From: Bacillus subtilis subsp. subtilis str. 168
Lineage (GTDB): Bacteria; Bacillota; Bacilli; Bacillales; Bacillaceae
DNA: 64,000 nt
Assembly: GCF_000009045.1 (NCBI RefSeq)
Contig: NC_000964.3
Coordinates: 2,542,001-2,606,000, forward strand
Direction: 5' to 3'
Part shown: positions 1-10,652 of the stretch, piece by piece
How positions within the stretch are numbered: position 1 is the stretch's first letter
Layout: each line of letters begins with the position of its first letter
Made by a program: the position numbers and the translations under genes
The notes under the pieces: model-generated
What the model was told of the DNA's origin: nothing
The model's database searches: none
The model's input: the letters and a program-made list of their open reading frames with translations, nothing else

Positions 1-46
1 CATCTAAAATCCGTTGCCCTGCTATTACTTTCGGAGGTGGACAGTT

Positions 47-442
47 ATGAATCATCGTGTACAACCTATTATTGCTGTATTAATTGCGCTGGGAGCGTTC
101 GGTTTCCTCTATGTGCTGGTAACCAATCCCGGAGAAATGGCAAAAATGGCGGTAACCGTCATCGTGGCAGGTATCATTATTTATTTTATTGTGAAATATG
201 TAATGAATCGAAATGCGGGCAGCGAAGGAGCAGCCTTCAAAAAAGCGGCGAAACAATCACGGCGCCGGATGAAAGAACAAAAAGCAAAACACCGCGCCGG
301 ACATAAGGGACGTGTCAGCCACCTGCGAAGCGTTCCGAGCGCCAGCAAGCCTAAGCCGATGATTCTCAAGAAAAAAAGCCAGACTCAGCTGACTGTTATA
401 GAAGGGAAAAAAAATAAAAAGAAAAACAGAGCGCTTTTTTAA
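47..442 (+). CDS. yqhP: Small membrane protein (2 TM + basic C-terminal tail)
   Basis: SD GGAGGTG at 33-39, ATG 47; hydrophobic N-half, Lys/Arg-rich C-half. Confidence 0.85.
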   Translation: MNHRVQPIIAVLIALGAFGFLYVLVTNPGEMAKMAVTVIVAGIIIYFIVKYVMNRNAGSEGAAFKKAAKQSRRRMKEQKAKHRAGHKGRVSHLRSVPSASKPKPMILKKKSQTQLTVIEGKKNKKKNRALF

Positions 443-1314
443 TAGGTCCACTGCTTTAAAAACAGCTCTGTCCGTCTTTTACCTAGCTCAATCAGGGCTA
501 GTTTTTTTTGTTGTGTTAAATGAAAATCAGTGGCCATTACGTCATCAACAGGGAGAAAAATGATATTTTGTTCATAGCGTGACGCAATGTGCCTTGCGTC
601 ATGAGCATCCTTCATCGTTTCAAACAGGGCGCCGAACAGTTCAAAAGCGTTGCGGATATTTTTTTTCGGACGCTCTCTTTCACGCGGCGCAAGCGTGACA
701 CCGATCACAGGGCGCTTTCTTTCCTTTGAAAACAGCCAGATTGGAAAATTGCTTAACACGCCTCCGTCGACAACCGTGGCGGTGCCTGTGTCCGTTTTTA
801 ATTTTATCGGTTCAAAGAAATACGGAATGCTGCAGCTCATTCTGACCGCTCTGGCAACCGGGAACATATCTGGATTTAACCCGTAACGGGCCAAATCGTC
901 CGGCAAAACAATCATGGTGCCGTTTGTCAGATCAGAAGCAATAAGGCGCAGAGACCCTTTCTGCAAATCGCCGAAAACCCTTATGCCTTTCGCTCTTAAC
1001 AGATCAGCAATCCATTTTTCTATCGTATCGCCTTTGTATAAGCCAAGACGCCAGTAGATGGACACCCACTGGAGCATCTTTAAGGGGAGAAATGAGTACC
1101 TCTGATCCAGCAATTTCTCTCCGTCCACTTCTTCAATTAAAGCGTGGATTTCCTTACTGGTGTAACCTGACGCAATGAAAGCGGCAATAATGGCGCCGGC
1201 GCTTGTACCCGCAACTCTTTTAAAGCGGAAGCCTTTTTCCTCAAGCACTTCATAAGCGCCTGCGAGCGCAATGCCTTTTACTCCTCCGCCGGAAAACACA
1301 CCGTCAATATACAT
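439..1314 (-). CDS. yqhO: Patatin-like phospholipase
   Basis: GGGVKG, GTSAG and DGG patatin motifs. Confidence 0.9.
   Translation of the reverse strand: MYIDGVFSGGGVKGIALAGAYEVLEEKGFRFKRVAGTSAGAIIAAFIASGYTSKEIHALIEEVDGEKLLDQRYSFLPLKMLQWVSIYWRLGLYKGDTIEKWIADLLRAKGIRVFGDLQKGSLRLIASDLTNGTMIVLPDDLARYGLNPDMFPVARAVRMSCSIPYFFEPIKLKTDTGTATVVDGGVLSNFPIWLFSKERKRPVIGVTLAPRERERPKKNIRNAFELFGALFETMKDAHDARHIASRYEQNIIFLPVDDVMATDFHLTQQKKLALIELGKRRTELFLKQWTY
483..509 (+). terminator. Intrinsic terminator for yqhP, embedded in the yqhO CDS
   Basis: CTAGCTC-aatca-GGGCTAG followed by T8. Confidence 0.65.
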
Positions 1315-1408
1315 CTCATTCCCTCCCCCTCCATCCGATCGTTTATTACCATTTTAAGAAAACACGCGAAGAAATAGACCAACGAATGACGGGTGGCGTC
1401 AGCGTATC

Positions 1409-1441
1409 AAAAAAGACGGCCTCCTTCGAGACCGCCTTTTT
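1409..1441 (-). terminator. mntR terminator
   Basis: AAGGCGGTCTC-gaag-GAGGCCGTCTT + T-run on - strand. Confidence 0.75.
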
Positions 1442-1868
1442 ACTGATTATGATGTTCTGTTTTCTTTTGGATTGATTTCAGATCTTTTTTACGGGCATCA
1501 TCTTCTTCAAAATATTGAACAAGATCCCCGATGCGATCAATACTGTTCCAGCTTAAATGATGTTCGATTCCTTCGACATCGTTATATATTTTCTCTTCAT
1601 CAACACCAATGATTCTTAAAAACTGCTCAAGCAATTCATGTCTGTATACCAGCCGTTTGCCTATTTTTTTCCCTTTAGACGTTAACACGAGACCGCGATA
1701 TTTTTCATAAATTAAATATTCGTCTTTATCTAGTTTTTGAACCATTTTTGTTACAGAGGAGGGATGGACTGCCAATGCTTCCGCGATATCGGAAACTCGT
1801 GCATATCCTTTTTCTTCAATCAGCATATAAATCTGTTCAATATAATCTTCCATACTTGGTGTTGTCAT
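1440..1868 (-). CDS. mntR: Mn2+-responsive DtxR-family regulator MntR (142 aa)
   Basis: [14 protein letters not shown]... recognised; SD GGAGG before ATG 1868. Confidence 0.97.
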   Translation of the reverse strand: MTTPSMEDYIEQIYMLIEEKGYARVSDIAEALAVHPSSVTKMVQKLDKDEYLIYEKYRGLVLTSKGKKIGKRLVYRHELLEQFLRIIGVDEEKIYNDVEGIEHHLSWNSIDRIGDLVQYFEEDDARKKDLKSIQKKTEHHNQ

Positions 1869-1967
1869 CGAAACCCTCCCAAAAAGCACCTTAACTTTAT
1901 AAACCATTACAAGTTTACACTAATGAACTTGAAAAAACAAGGATGCTCCGCGGGTCAAAAGCCCTGT

Positions 1968-2804
1968 TTACCGCTTATAATTCCATTCATCTGAAGCGTA
2001 CTTTGTTTCAGCCAAGTGATGAACAAAATCAAGCTCTTCCTGAGAAAGTTCATATGGCTCCAAATGAATGTTAAGACCTGTTTCAAATCCTTCTTTAAAG
2101 GCTTTACGAGCCTCATCCATCGTCACCCGCTTTTCGATGAGTTCATTAATGGCAACCGCTTTATTTTTGAAATTGCGCTGCATCCGCTCTCTTACTCTTT
2201 CACTTGGATATAAGAACAGATCGAACAGCTTGTCCTCATCTAAATCAAGAAGAATGGAGCCATGCTGAAGAATCACACCTTTTTGTCTCGTTTGCGCGCT
2301 TCCCGCCACCTTGCGCCCCTCAACCACTAGTTCATACCACGAAGGCGCGTCAAAACAAACAGATGACCGCGGATTTTTTAAGCTTTCTTTTTCTTTTTCA
2401 GTTCTCGGGATGGCAAAGTAAGCGTCCAGACCGAGATTTCTAAAGCCTTGAAGTATGCCTTCTGAAATAACCCGGTAAGCCTCAGTAACAGTCGCCGGCA
2501 TCTCGGGGTGCTCTTCCGAAACAATTACGCTGTATGTCAGTTCCTGATCGTGCAGCACACCTCTCCCGCCGGTCGGGCGTCTGACGAATCCGAGATTATA
2601 TTTATGTACTGCTTCAAAATTGATTTCCTTTTTAATATTTTGAAAATACCCTACAGAAAGTGTCGCCGGATTCCAGCCGTAAAAACGGATAACCGGGGGG
2701 ATTTTCTTTTCGCTGTGCCAATATAAAAGCGCTTCATCAAGCGCCATATTGAATGCAGGACTTGCATTGCCTGAGTCTATAAACCGCCAAGTTTCTTTTT
2801 GCAT
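1968..2804 (-). CDS. lipM: Octanoyltransferase LipM
   Basis: BPL/LplA family motifs [24 protein letters not shown]. Confidence 0.95.
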   Translation of the reverse strand: MQKETWRFIDSGNASPAFNMALDEALLYWHSEKKIPPVIRFYGWNPATLSVGYFQNIKKEINFEAVHKYNLGFVRRPTGGRGVLHDQELTYSVIVSEEHPEMPATVTEAYRVISEGILQGFRNLGLDAYFAIPRTEKEKESLKNPRSSVCFDAPSWYELVVEGRKVAGSAQTRQKGVILQHGSILLDLDEDKLFDLFLYPSERVRERMQRNFKNKAVAINELIEKRVTMDEARKAFKEGFETGLNIHLEPYELSQEELDFVHHLAETKYASDEWNYKR

Positions 2805-2885
2805 TTTAAGACCTTCCTTACCGTTTTAATAGAATCAGTTTATCAAACTGTCGGGAAAATGAAAAATATTTTAGTTCCATTATAG

Positions 2886-2927
2886 ATGACAATCACGCTG
2901 TGCTTTACTATAATAGTATTTGTCGAA
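2886..2927 (+). promoter_or_regulatory. sigmaA promoter of yqhL with adjacent Spo0A box
   Basis: ATGACA(2886)-17-TATAAT(2909); TGTCGAA at 2921-2927. Confidence 0.6.
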
Positions 2928-2994
2928 AACGGCTCTATGACCTTGTTTTATGAAGCAGGGTTTTGATTTTATATGCTAAAGGAGTAGAATCACA

Positions 2995-3375
2995 TTGTCT
3001 AATATGATCGTTTTGATTATTTTTGCTGCATTTATCATCTATATGATTGCTTCATATGTCTATCAGCAGCGAATTATGAAAACACTTACCGAAGAAGAAT
3101 TCCGCGCGGGTTACCGCAAAGCGCAGCTTATTGATGTTCGTGAGCCAAATGAGTTTGAGGGCGGACATATTTTAGGCGCCCGCAACATCCCGCTTTCCCA
3201 GCTGAAACAGAGAAAAAATGAGATCCGTACGGACAAGCCTGTTTACCTGTACTGCCAAAACAGTGTCCGCAGCGGACGCGCGGCACAAACCCTGCGCAAA
3301 AACGGCTGCACTGAGATTTACAACCTAAAAGGCGGCTTTAAAAAATGGGGCGGAAAGATTAAAGCGAAGAAATAA
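2995..3375 (+). CDS. yqhL: Membrane-anchored rhodanese-domain protein
   Basis: TTG start after AAAGGAG; N-terminal TM; IDVRE...GHI.GA.NIP and YC rhodanese motifs. Confidence 0.9.
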   Translation: MSNMIVLIIFAAFIIYMIASYVYQQRIMKTLTEEEFRAGYRKAQLIDVREPNEFEGGHILGARNIPLSQLKQRKNEIRTDKPVYLYCQNSVRSGRAAQTLRKNGCTEIYNLKGGFKKWGGKIKAKK

Positions 3376-3378
3376 AGC

Positions 3379-3405
3379 AAACAGCTGTCTGGTAGACAGC
3401 TGTTT
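3379..3405. terminator. Bidirectional terminator yqhL/gcvPB
   Basis: AAACAGCTGTCT-ggt-AGACAGCTGTTT perfect stem. Confidence 0.85.
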
Positions 3406-3409
3406 TTAT

Positions 3410-4876
3410 TTATCTTTCTTCCGCCTCGTATCTGAGCACTGGGTGTCTCGCCGCTTTTGTTTCATCCATTCTTTTTACAATCGTTGTATGCGGGGCCTCC
3501 TGAACAAGCTCCGGATTCTCCTCCGCTTCTTTTGCGATTTGAATCATAGCATCAATAAACGCGTCCAGTGTTTCCTTTGATTCGGTCTCTGTCGGCTCGA
3601 TCATGATGCATTCTTCAACATTAAGCGGGAAATAAATCGTCGGCGGATGATAGCCGAAATCAAGGAGCCGTTTTGCAATATCAAGCGTACGCACTCCCAG
3701 CTTTTTCTGCCGCTTCCCTGATAATACAAATTCATGCTTGCAATGGCGGTCAAACGGAAGATCGTAATAAGGCGCGAGTTTTCTCATCATATAATTGGCG
3801 TTTAACACTGCGTTCTCAGTAACAGCCTTTAATCCGTCAGGCCCCATGGAGCGAATATACGTATACGCTCTCACATTAATGCCAAAGTTGCCGTAATACG
3901 GCTTCACACGGCCGATCGCATGAGGGCGGTCATAATCAAACGTAAAGCGCCCTTCTTTTTTGACTAAAACTGGCTTTGGCAAATAAGGAATCAGATCTTG
4001 TTTTACGCCGACAGGGCCTGAGCCGGGGCCTCCGCCGCCATGAGGGCCTGTGAATGTTTTATGCAGGTTGAGGTGCACCACGTCAAATCCCATATCACCA
4101 GGTCTCGCCTTGCTTAAAACGGCATTTAAATTAGCGCCGTCATAATACAGTTTCCCCCCCGCTTGGTGTACAATTTCCGCCATCTCTGTAATCTGCTCCT
4201 CAAACAAGCCGAGCGTGTTCGGATTCGTCAGCATAAGAGCTGCAGTTTCTTCATTCACTGCTCTTTTTAAATCCTCTAAATCAACAAGCCCTTTTTCATT
4301 CGATTTCACCGTAACGGTTTCAAAGCCTGCTACTGTTGCTGATGCAGGATTCGTCCCATGCGCGGAATCAGGGACAATGACCTTCGTCCGCTTGAAATCC
4401 CCGCGAGCTTCATGATAGGCACGGATCATCATCAGCCCCGTCCATTCGCCGTGCGCTCCGGCAGCAGGCTGAAGCGTAACCTCATCCATTCCCGTTATTT
4501 CTTCAAGGTGTTTGCTTAAATCATATAAAAGCTCTAATGCGCCTTGCACCGTGTCTTCATCCTGAAGAGGATGAATCGCAGCAAAACCAGGAATACGTGC
4601 GATTTTTTCATTGATTTTCGGATTATATTTCATCGTGCAAGAACCGAGAGGATAAAAACCGGAATCCACCCCGTGATTGCGTTTGGACAGCGCTGTATAA
4701 TGGCGCATGATGTCCAGCTCTGAAACCTCCGGCAGCGCTGCGTCTTCGTCACGAATATAGGTGTCTGACAAGAGGTCCCCCAATTCGATTTCCGGTACAT
4801 CGAGCTCCGGCAGACTATAGCCGATTCGGCCTTCTCTTGAAAGTTCAAAAATAAGTGCCTGGTCCTGATTACTCAT
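3410..4876 (-). CDS. gcvPB: Glycine dehydrogenase (decarboxylating) subunit 2
   Basis: [17 protein letters not shown]-lysine motif; ATG 4876 overlaps gcvPA stop. Confidence 0.97.
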
Positions 4877-6215
4877 GGCGATCCCCCAATTCCTGAATGA
4901 GTGCGTCAATTTCTTCTTTTGTTCTCAGCTCTGTTACAGCAATCAGCATATGGCAGTCCAGCTCTGGATACGTCAACCCAAGATCATATCCGCCAATCAT
5001 GCCTTTTGCCAGCAAACGCTTGTTCACAGCTCTCACCGGCTCATCCAGTTTGATGACAAATTCATTAAACATCGGCCCGTCAAACATAACAGTAAGGCCT
5101 GCTTTTTTTGCTTCTTGCTTTGCATAGTTGGCTTTTAAGAGATTTTGGCGGGCTATATCTTTTACGCCGTTTTTTCCGAGAGCAGTCATGGCCACTGATG
5201 CTGCCAGCGCATTTAAAGCTTGGTTCGAGCATATATTTGATGTTGCTTTATCCCGGCGGATATGCTGCTCCCTGGCTTGCAGGGTAAGCACAAAGCCTCT
5301 TTTTCCGTTTTCGTCTTCCGTTTGTCCGACGAGACGGCCCGGCACCTTTCTCATTAATTTTTTAGTAACGGCAAAAAAGCCGCAATGCGGGCCGCCGTAT
5401 GCTGAAGGAATGCCGAAAGGCTGCGCATCACCGACGACGATATCAGACTGAAACTTGCCCGGCGGAGTGAGAAGACCTAGCGCCAGCGGGTTGGCTGAAA
5501 CAATAAACATGGATTTCCCTTGATGAGCGATAGGCTCAATATCCTTTAGCGGCTCGATCCTGCCGAAAAAATTCGGGTACTGAACGATCACTGCGGCTGT
5601 GTTCTCGCAAACGGTTTGGCGCAATGCATCAAGATCCGTAACGCCATCCGCAGCGGGTACTTCAACAACATCAATATACTGACCTTTTGCGTAAGTTTTC
5701 AGCACCTCTCGCGATTCAGGATGCACGGTTTTTGACACAACAATTTTTTTCTTTTTCGTGTGGCCTGAAGCAAGCATTGCTGCTTCTGCCAAGGCTGTTC
5801 CGCCGTCATACATCGAGGAGTTGGCGATATCCATGCCTGTCAGTTCACAGATCATCGTTTGGAATTCAAAAATAGCCTGGAGCTCTCCTTGTGAAATCTC
5901 TGGCTGATAAGGCGTATATGCGGTATAAAACTCAGAGCGCGAAATGACATGATCCACAATGACAGGCTGATAGTGGTCATATACACCCGCTCCTAAGAAA
6001 GAAGCGTATTGTACGGTATCACGATTTTTAGAGGCCAGCTTTGTCAGTTCTCTTGTTAATTCTGTCTCTGATTTCGCTTTTTTGATTTGATGCTCTTTTT
6101 TATATTTGACGTTTTCCGGTATATCAGCAAATAAATCATCGATGCTGCTTACGCCGATAGTAGCAAGCATCTCCTGTTTATCCTTTTCTGTTGCGGGCAA
6201 ATAACGGTGCTTCAT
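4869..6215 (-). CDS. gcvPA: Glycine dehydrogenase (decarboxylating) subunit 1
   Basis: [25 protein letters not shown]-like motif. Confidence 0.97.
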
Positions 6216-6244
6216 GTGTTGTCTCCTCTCTCCAAGAAAAAATA

Positions 6245-7333
6245 TTAGCGTTTATAAAATGGTGTTTTGACAACCTTTGCTTTCACTAATTTTTTGCGTA
6301 TCTCTACATCTACAACAGTCCCGATCTCACTCGTTTCCGAATCAATTAAGGCAAGGCCGACGTTTTTTCCTAATGTCGGTGACTGCGTGCCGGTTGTCAC
6401 CTTTCCGACAGACTTGCCATTTTGGAAAACCTCATATCCGTGCCGCGGTATCCCTTTTTCAATCATTTCGAGACCGACAAGTTTGCGCTTCGCTCCGTTT
6501 TCTTTTTGTTCACTCAATACTGACTTACCGAAAAAGTCAGACTCCTTTTTGTGCTTTACAGCAAAGCCTATACCTGCTTCAATCGGTGTAATATCCCGGG
6601 TCAGCTCCTGACCGTAGAGCGGGAGCTTCGCTTCAAACCGGAGTGTATCACGTGCACCGAGACCGCATGGAATCAATCCGTATGCATCCCCTGCATCGAT
6701 GATTTTTTTCCAAATATGCATAGCATCATCACTGCGGCAGTAAATTTCATACCCGTCTTCTCCCGTATAGCCAGTGCGTGAAATAAGTGCTTTGCGGCCG
6801 CTGATATCGGCTTCATCAATAAACGCAAACGGCTTTAATGCAGACACATCCGCATCTGTCAGATTTTTTAAGATCGCTTCTGCTTTCGGTCCCTGTACAG
6901 CCAAGAGCGCGATTTGATCTGACTGATTGTCAATCTGCACATCACCTGCTGCATGTTCTTTCATCCAAGCCAAGTCTTTATCTATATTAGAAGCATTAAT
7001 GACAAGCAGATAGCGGTTCTCTCCTTTTTGATAGATAAGCAAATCATCGACGGTTCCGCCATCCGGGTAACACATCGCTGTATATTGAGCACGGCCTGGC
7101 GTTAACGCGGAAACATCATTTGTCATCAATCTTTGCAAAAAAGACAGACTGTCGTTCCCTGACACTTCGACTTCTCCCATATGAGATACATCAAACAAAC
7201 CGGCTGCAGTTCGGACAGCCTCGTGTTCTTTTTTTATAGAAGAAAATTGAACAGGAAGCTCCCAGCCTCCGAAATCAATCGTTTTTCCTCCATATTCCTT
7301 ATACAGGTCAAATAACGGCGTTCTTTTCAGCAT
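6245..7333 (-). CDS. gcvT: Aminomethyltransferase (glycine cleavage T protein)
   Basis: [29 protein letters not shown]. Confidence 0.97.
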
Positions 7334-7374
7334 CTAATTCCTCCCCTTTATCAACGGCGCAGCTAAAAAACATA

Positions 7375-7423
7375 CAAAAAAGGACAGAGAAACACCTCAT
7401 GTAAAATGAAGGTTCTCTGTCCT
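7375..7423 (-). terminator. Expression-platform terminator of the glycine riboswitch
   Basis: AGGACAGAGAA...TTTCTCTGTCCT + TTTTT; left arm overlaps 3' strand of aptamer 2. Confidence 0.85.
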
Positions 7424-7615
7424 GGCACCTGAAAGTTTACTTTGCATACGCAAAGACGTCCCCTTTGGTGGTTTGCGCATCCGCACAAACACTCTCCAGA
7501 GTTGCGTCGAGCAAGAGTTCTTTTGCCTGAGAGATTCACTCCGCAGTTTGCTCCTTCGGCGCCTGTATCCCGAGGTTTTCGGTCAGGTCTCTCCCCTTGC
7601 TGTCATTCGCTCATA
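7415..7615 (-). ncRNA. Tandem glycine riboswitch (two aptamers) in gcvT leader
   Basis: Two repeats of GGAGAG...(C/G)CC(G/A)AAGG...CT(C/T)TCAGG on - strand; upstream of the gcv operon. Confidence 0.96.
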
Positions 7616-7774
7616 TTTTCATGCTGTTATGGACATACTATAGCAATATCTTACATCAAATACATACTCATATCCTACCATCATCACTATATGCTGGGCA
7701 ACAGCAATTTGGGCAGATTTTTCTTATATTATTCATCTTAAGAATCGAAGAATAAGAAAGGCGGTTTCAAAGCA

Positions 7775-9448
7775 ATGAATACAGAAATGATCTACGATGC
7801 AAAATGGCCTGAAGAATTTGCTGAAAGACTGAAAAACGATGGCCCTTGGGCAAACTGGGAACTGTACAAGCTCTCTGCAGAAATCCAGAAAACATTAGCA
7901 ATTCCAGAGTTTGAAGGCTTACGGGCTCCTTTATATCTGCCTTCCTTTACGCCGCTCCCCCACCAGCTTGAAGTGGCGCAAAAAGTGGTTGAAAAAATGA
8001 ACGGGAAAGCGATTTTAGCAGATGAGGTTGGTCTCGGAAAAACGGTTGAAGCTGGACTGATTCTAAAAGAATATATGATTCGCGGGTTAGCAAAAAAAAT
8101 TTTGATCCTTGTGCCCGCTTCCCTTGTGTCACAGTGGGTCAAAGAGCTTCAGGAAAAATTTTTGATTCCGGCTGTTGAACAAAAGAAAAGCTATGTGTGG
8201 GAGCAATGCGATATTGTCGTCTCATCAATAGACACCGCGAAGCGCTCGCCCCATCGAGAAATCGTTCTGTCTATCCCATATGATCTTGTCATTATTGATG
8301 AGGCACACAAACTGAAAAATAGCAAAACGAAGAACTATGAATTTGTCCGGAATCTCGTAAAAAAATATTGCCTGCTTCTTACCGCGACGCCAATCCAGAA
8401 CCGTATCGAAGAGATTTTCAATTTGGTGTCCTTATTAAAACCCGGCCATTTAGGCAGTCAGAATCACTTTCAGGAGGAGTTCGCCAAGAAGAAATCCAGT
8501 TTAGAAGCGCATGAACATTTAAAAGATCTTGTGAATAAAGTCATGATCCGTAACAGGCGGCATGATACAGGGCTGAATTGGAAACAGCGCCATGTTGAAA
8601 CAGTGCCGATTCAATTTTCTCCATCAGAGCAGGCGCTTTATGATGAAATTTCTCGTTTGAAGGACAGTATCAATAAACCAGCCAGCATGTTCTCGATTAT
8701 GACCTTGCAAAGAGAATGCTGTTCGAGCAGAGAAGCGGTATATATGACGCTGAAAAAGATGCTTGATCAAAAAGAGAAACAAGCACCTGCCATTGATGAG
8801 GATACGATTTCAGTTTTGATAGATCGCATCAATCAAGTGACACAAAACTCTAAAGCGCTTCAAGTTGTTGACTTGATCAAAAAGATCGACGATAAGGTCA
8901 TCATTTTTACAGAATACCGCGCAACCCAGATTTATCTGCAGTGGTTTCTTCAGCAAAACGGCATCAGTTCTGTGCCGTTTAGAGGCGGATTTAAACGTGG
9001 AAAAAAAGACTGGATGAAGGATCTTTTCCGCGGAAAAATCCAAGTCCTTATTGCAACTGAAGCAGGCGGTGAGGGAATTAACCTGCAATTTTGCAATCAC
9101 ATGATCAACTATGACCTGCCATGGAACCCGATGCGGCTTGAGCAAAGAATCGGAAGAATTCACAGACTCGGGCAGGAGCGTGACGTGCATATTTATAACA
9201 TGGCGACAAAACATACGGTGGAAGAGCATATTCTAAAGCTTTTATATGAAAAAATTCATTTGTTTGAAAAAGTGGTCGGTGAACTTGATGATATTTTAAC
9301 GAAAATTCAAGTGAACAATTTTGAAGAGCACCTTCATGACATTTTGTATCACTCAGCAACAGAAGAAGAAATGAAAATAAAAATGGATAACTTAACCTCA
9401 TTTTTGTCTTATAAAAAACAGCTGCCTGCTGAAAAAAGAGGATCTTAG
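7775..9448 (+). CDS. yqhH: SNF2/RapA-family helicase-like ATPase
   Basis: LADEVGLGKT, DEAH, LLLTATP, EGINLQ, QRIGRIHR motifs. Confidence 0.93.
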   Translation: MNTEMIYDAKWPEEFAERLKNDGPWANWELYKLSAEIQKTLAIPEFEGLRAPLYLPSFTPLPHQLEVAQKVVEKMNGKAILADEVGLGKTVEAGLILKEYMIRGLAKKILILVPASLVSQWVKELQEKFLIPAVEQKKSYVWEQCDIVVSSIDTAKRSPHREIVLSIPYDLVIIDEAHKLKNSKTKNYEFVRNLVKKYCLLLTATPIQNRIEEIFNLVSLLKPGHLGSQNHFQEEFAKKKSSLEAHEHLKDLVNKVMIRNRRHDTGLNWKQRHVETVPIQFSPSEQALYDEISRLKDSINKPASMFSIMTLQRECCSSREAVYMTLKKMLDQKEKQAPAIDEDTISVLIDRINQVTQNSKALQVVDLIKKIDDKVIIFTEYRATQIYLQWFLQQNGISSVPFRGGFKRGKKDWMKDLFRGKIQVLIATEAGGEGINLQFCNHMINYDLPWNPMRLEQRIGRIHRLGQERDVHIYNMATKHTVEEHILKLLYEKIHLFEKVVGELDDILTKIQVNNFEEHLHDILYHSATEEEMKIKMDNLTSFLSYKKQLPAEKRGS

Positions 9449-9468
9449 CCTGTAAGGAGGTTTTATTA

Positions 9469-10263
9469 GTGAGACAGCAAGAGGTTCACGATTTTCTGCT
9501 GCGTTTTTTTCAAGCAAACAGCTGCCAAATCGTCGATCAAGGCTTAGGCTATATGACAGTGCAGCTTACAGTTGAAATGGACAAACAAATCATGAACCGC
9601 CCTTTCTACTGGCATTGGCGCGAGAAGACAGGCGGTGATCCGAATCCAATGAAAATCACTTTTATTACAGATAAAGAAAATGCGCCAAAAGACCTAGATG
9701 GTGAATTTATATATTTTGGGGCCCCGCGTCTTTTTCAAATATTCAAAGCTGTTAAACAAAATGGGAGATTTACCAGAATGTATGAGAAAATTGAATCAGC
9801 CGGAGCTAAAGTCCCACTTCAGCCTTGGCTTGGTATAAATGTCACGATTTCATACCAGTCCGACATGAAAAAGGATAAGTTATTGTCACTAGGTCTTCAC
9901 CTAGTCTCTGGAACGATAATTGAAGATTTTCAAAGCAAGCTGACCCAGTTTTCACTGACGTCTCAAATATGTGACTATTGCTTCACCATTTCACCTATGA
10001 TCAAACCAGAAAGCGGACTTAAGCGTATGGAAAACTATATTTCCAAATCCGCTATGCAGGAGCCGTCCGACTGGGCGGAACAGGCGGTTAACAGGTGGAA
10101 GAATGATATGACATTGCTTGATAAGTTTTACGAGCATATAGAAGAAAAACCAGAAGAATACCATCTAGAAAAACAGGCGCTGAAAACCTTGTATCAACCA
10201 AAGATATCAGTTGAAATTGAAAATGGCGGATTGTTTTATCTGCAAAATAATATTTCAAGCTAA
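9469..10263 (+). CDS. yqhG: Uncharacterised conserved protein YqhG
   Basis: GTG start after AAGGAGG; 264 aa ORF directly after yqhH. Confidence 0.88.
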   Translation: MRQQEVHDFLLRFFQANSCQIVDQGLGYMTVQLTVEMDKQIMNRPFYWHWREKTGGDPNPMKITFITDKENAPKDLDGEFIYFGAPRLFQIFKAVKQNGRFTRMYEKIESAGAKVPLQPWLGINVTISYQSDMKKDKLLSLGLHLVSGTIIEDFQSKLTQFSLTSQICDYCFTISPMIKPESGLKRMENYISKSAMQEPSDWAEQAVNRWKNDMTLLDKFYEHIEEKPEEYHLEKQALKTLYQPKISVEIENGGLFYLQNNISS

Positions 10264-10274
10264 CTTTTTTACCA

Positions 10275-10317
10275 TTCGACATCATTCTCGTTTTTTTTGA
10301 GAAAATACGATTATAAT
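10275..10317 (+). promoter_or_regulatory. sinI promoter with upstream Spo0A box
   Basis: TTCGACA (0A box) 10275-10281; TATAAT 10312-10317; poor -35, consistent with activator dependence. Confidence 0.7.
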
Positions 10318-10445
10318 AAAGGTATATTGGAAAAAAATTCTGGTGATTTAATGGCAAATGACTTCCAGAGACTAATGAAGCATACAATAAGTCATGGCCG
10401 GACTGGCTGAAATACATAAACAAGTATTTTAGGAGGAGAAACTGC

Positions 10446-10619
10446 ATGAAGAATGCAAAACAAGAGCACTTTGAATTGGATCAAGAATGGGTTGAATTAA
10501 TGGTGGAAGCCAAAGAGGCAAATATCAGCCCGGAAGAAATACGAAAATATTTACTTTTAAACAAAAAGTCTGCTCATCCTGGTCCGGCAGCCAGAAGTCA
10601 TACCGTAAATCCTTTCTGA
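10446..10619 (+). CDS. sinI: SinR antagonist SinI (57 aa; below ORF-track cutoff)
   Basis: SD AGGAGG, ATG 10446; MKNAKQEHFELDQEWVELM...VNPF, translated by hand. Confidence 0.97.
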   Translation: MKNAKQEHFELDQEWVELMVEAKEANISPEEIRKYLLLNKKSAHPGPAARSHTVNPF

Positions 10620-10622
10620 ATG

Positions 10623-10631
10623 TGCTATAAT
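10623..10631 (+). promoter_or_regulatory. Extended -10 of the sinR promoter
   Basis: TGCTATAAT 22 nt before the sinR start. Confidence 0.7.
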
Positions 10632-10652
10632 ATCACAAGGAAGGTGATGACA

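Noticed and set aside
7442-7741. 99-aa + strand ORF over the gcvT leader
   Set aside because: Antisense to the glycine riboswitch, no SD; sequence is explained by RNA structure.
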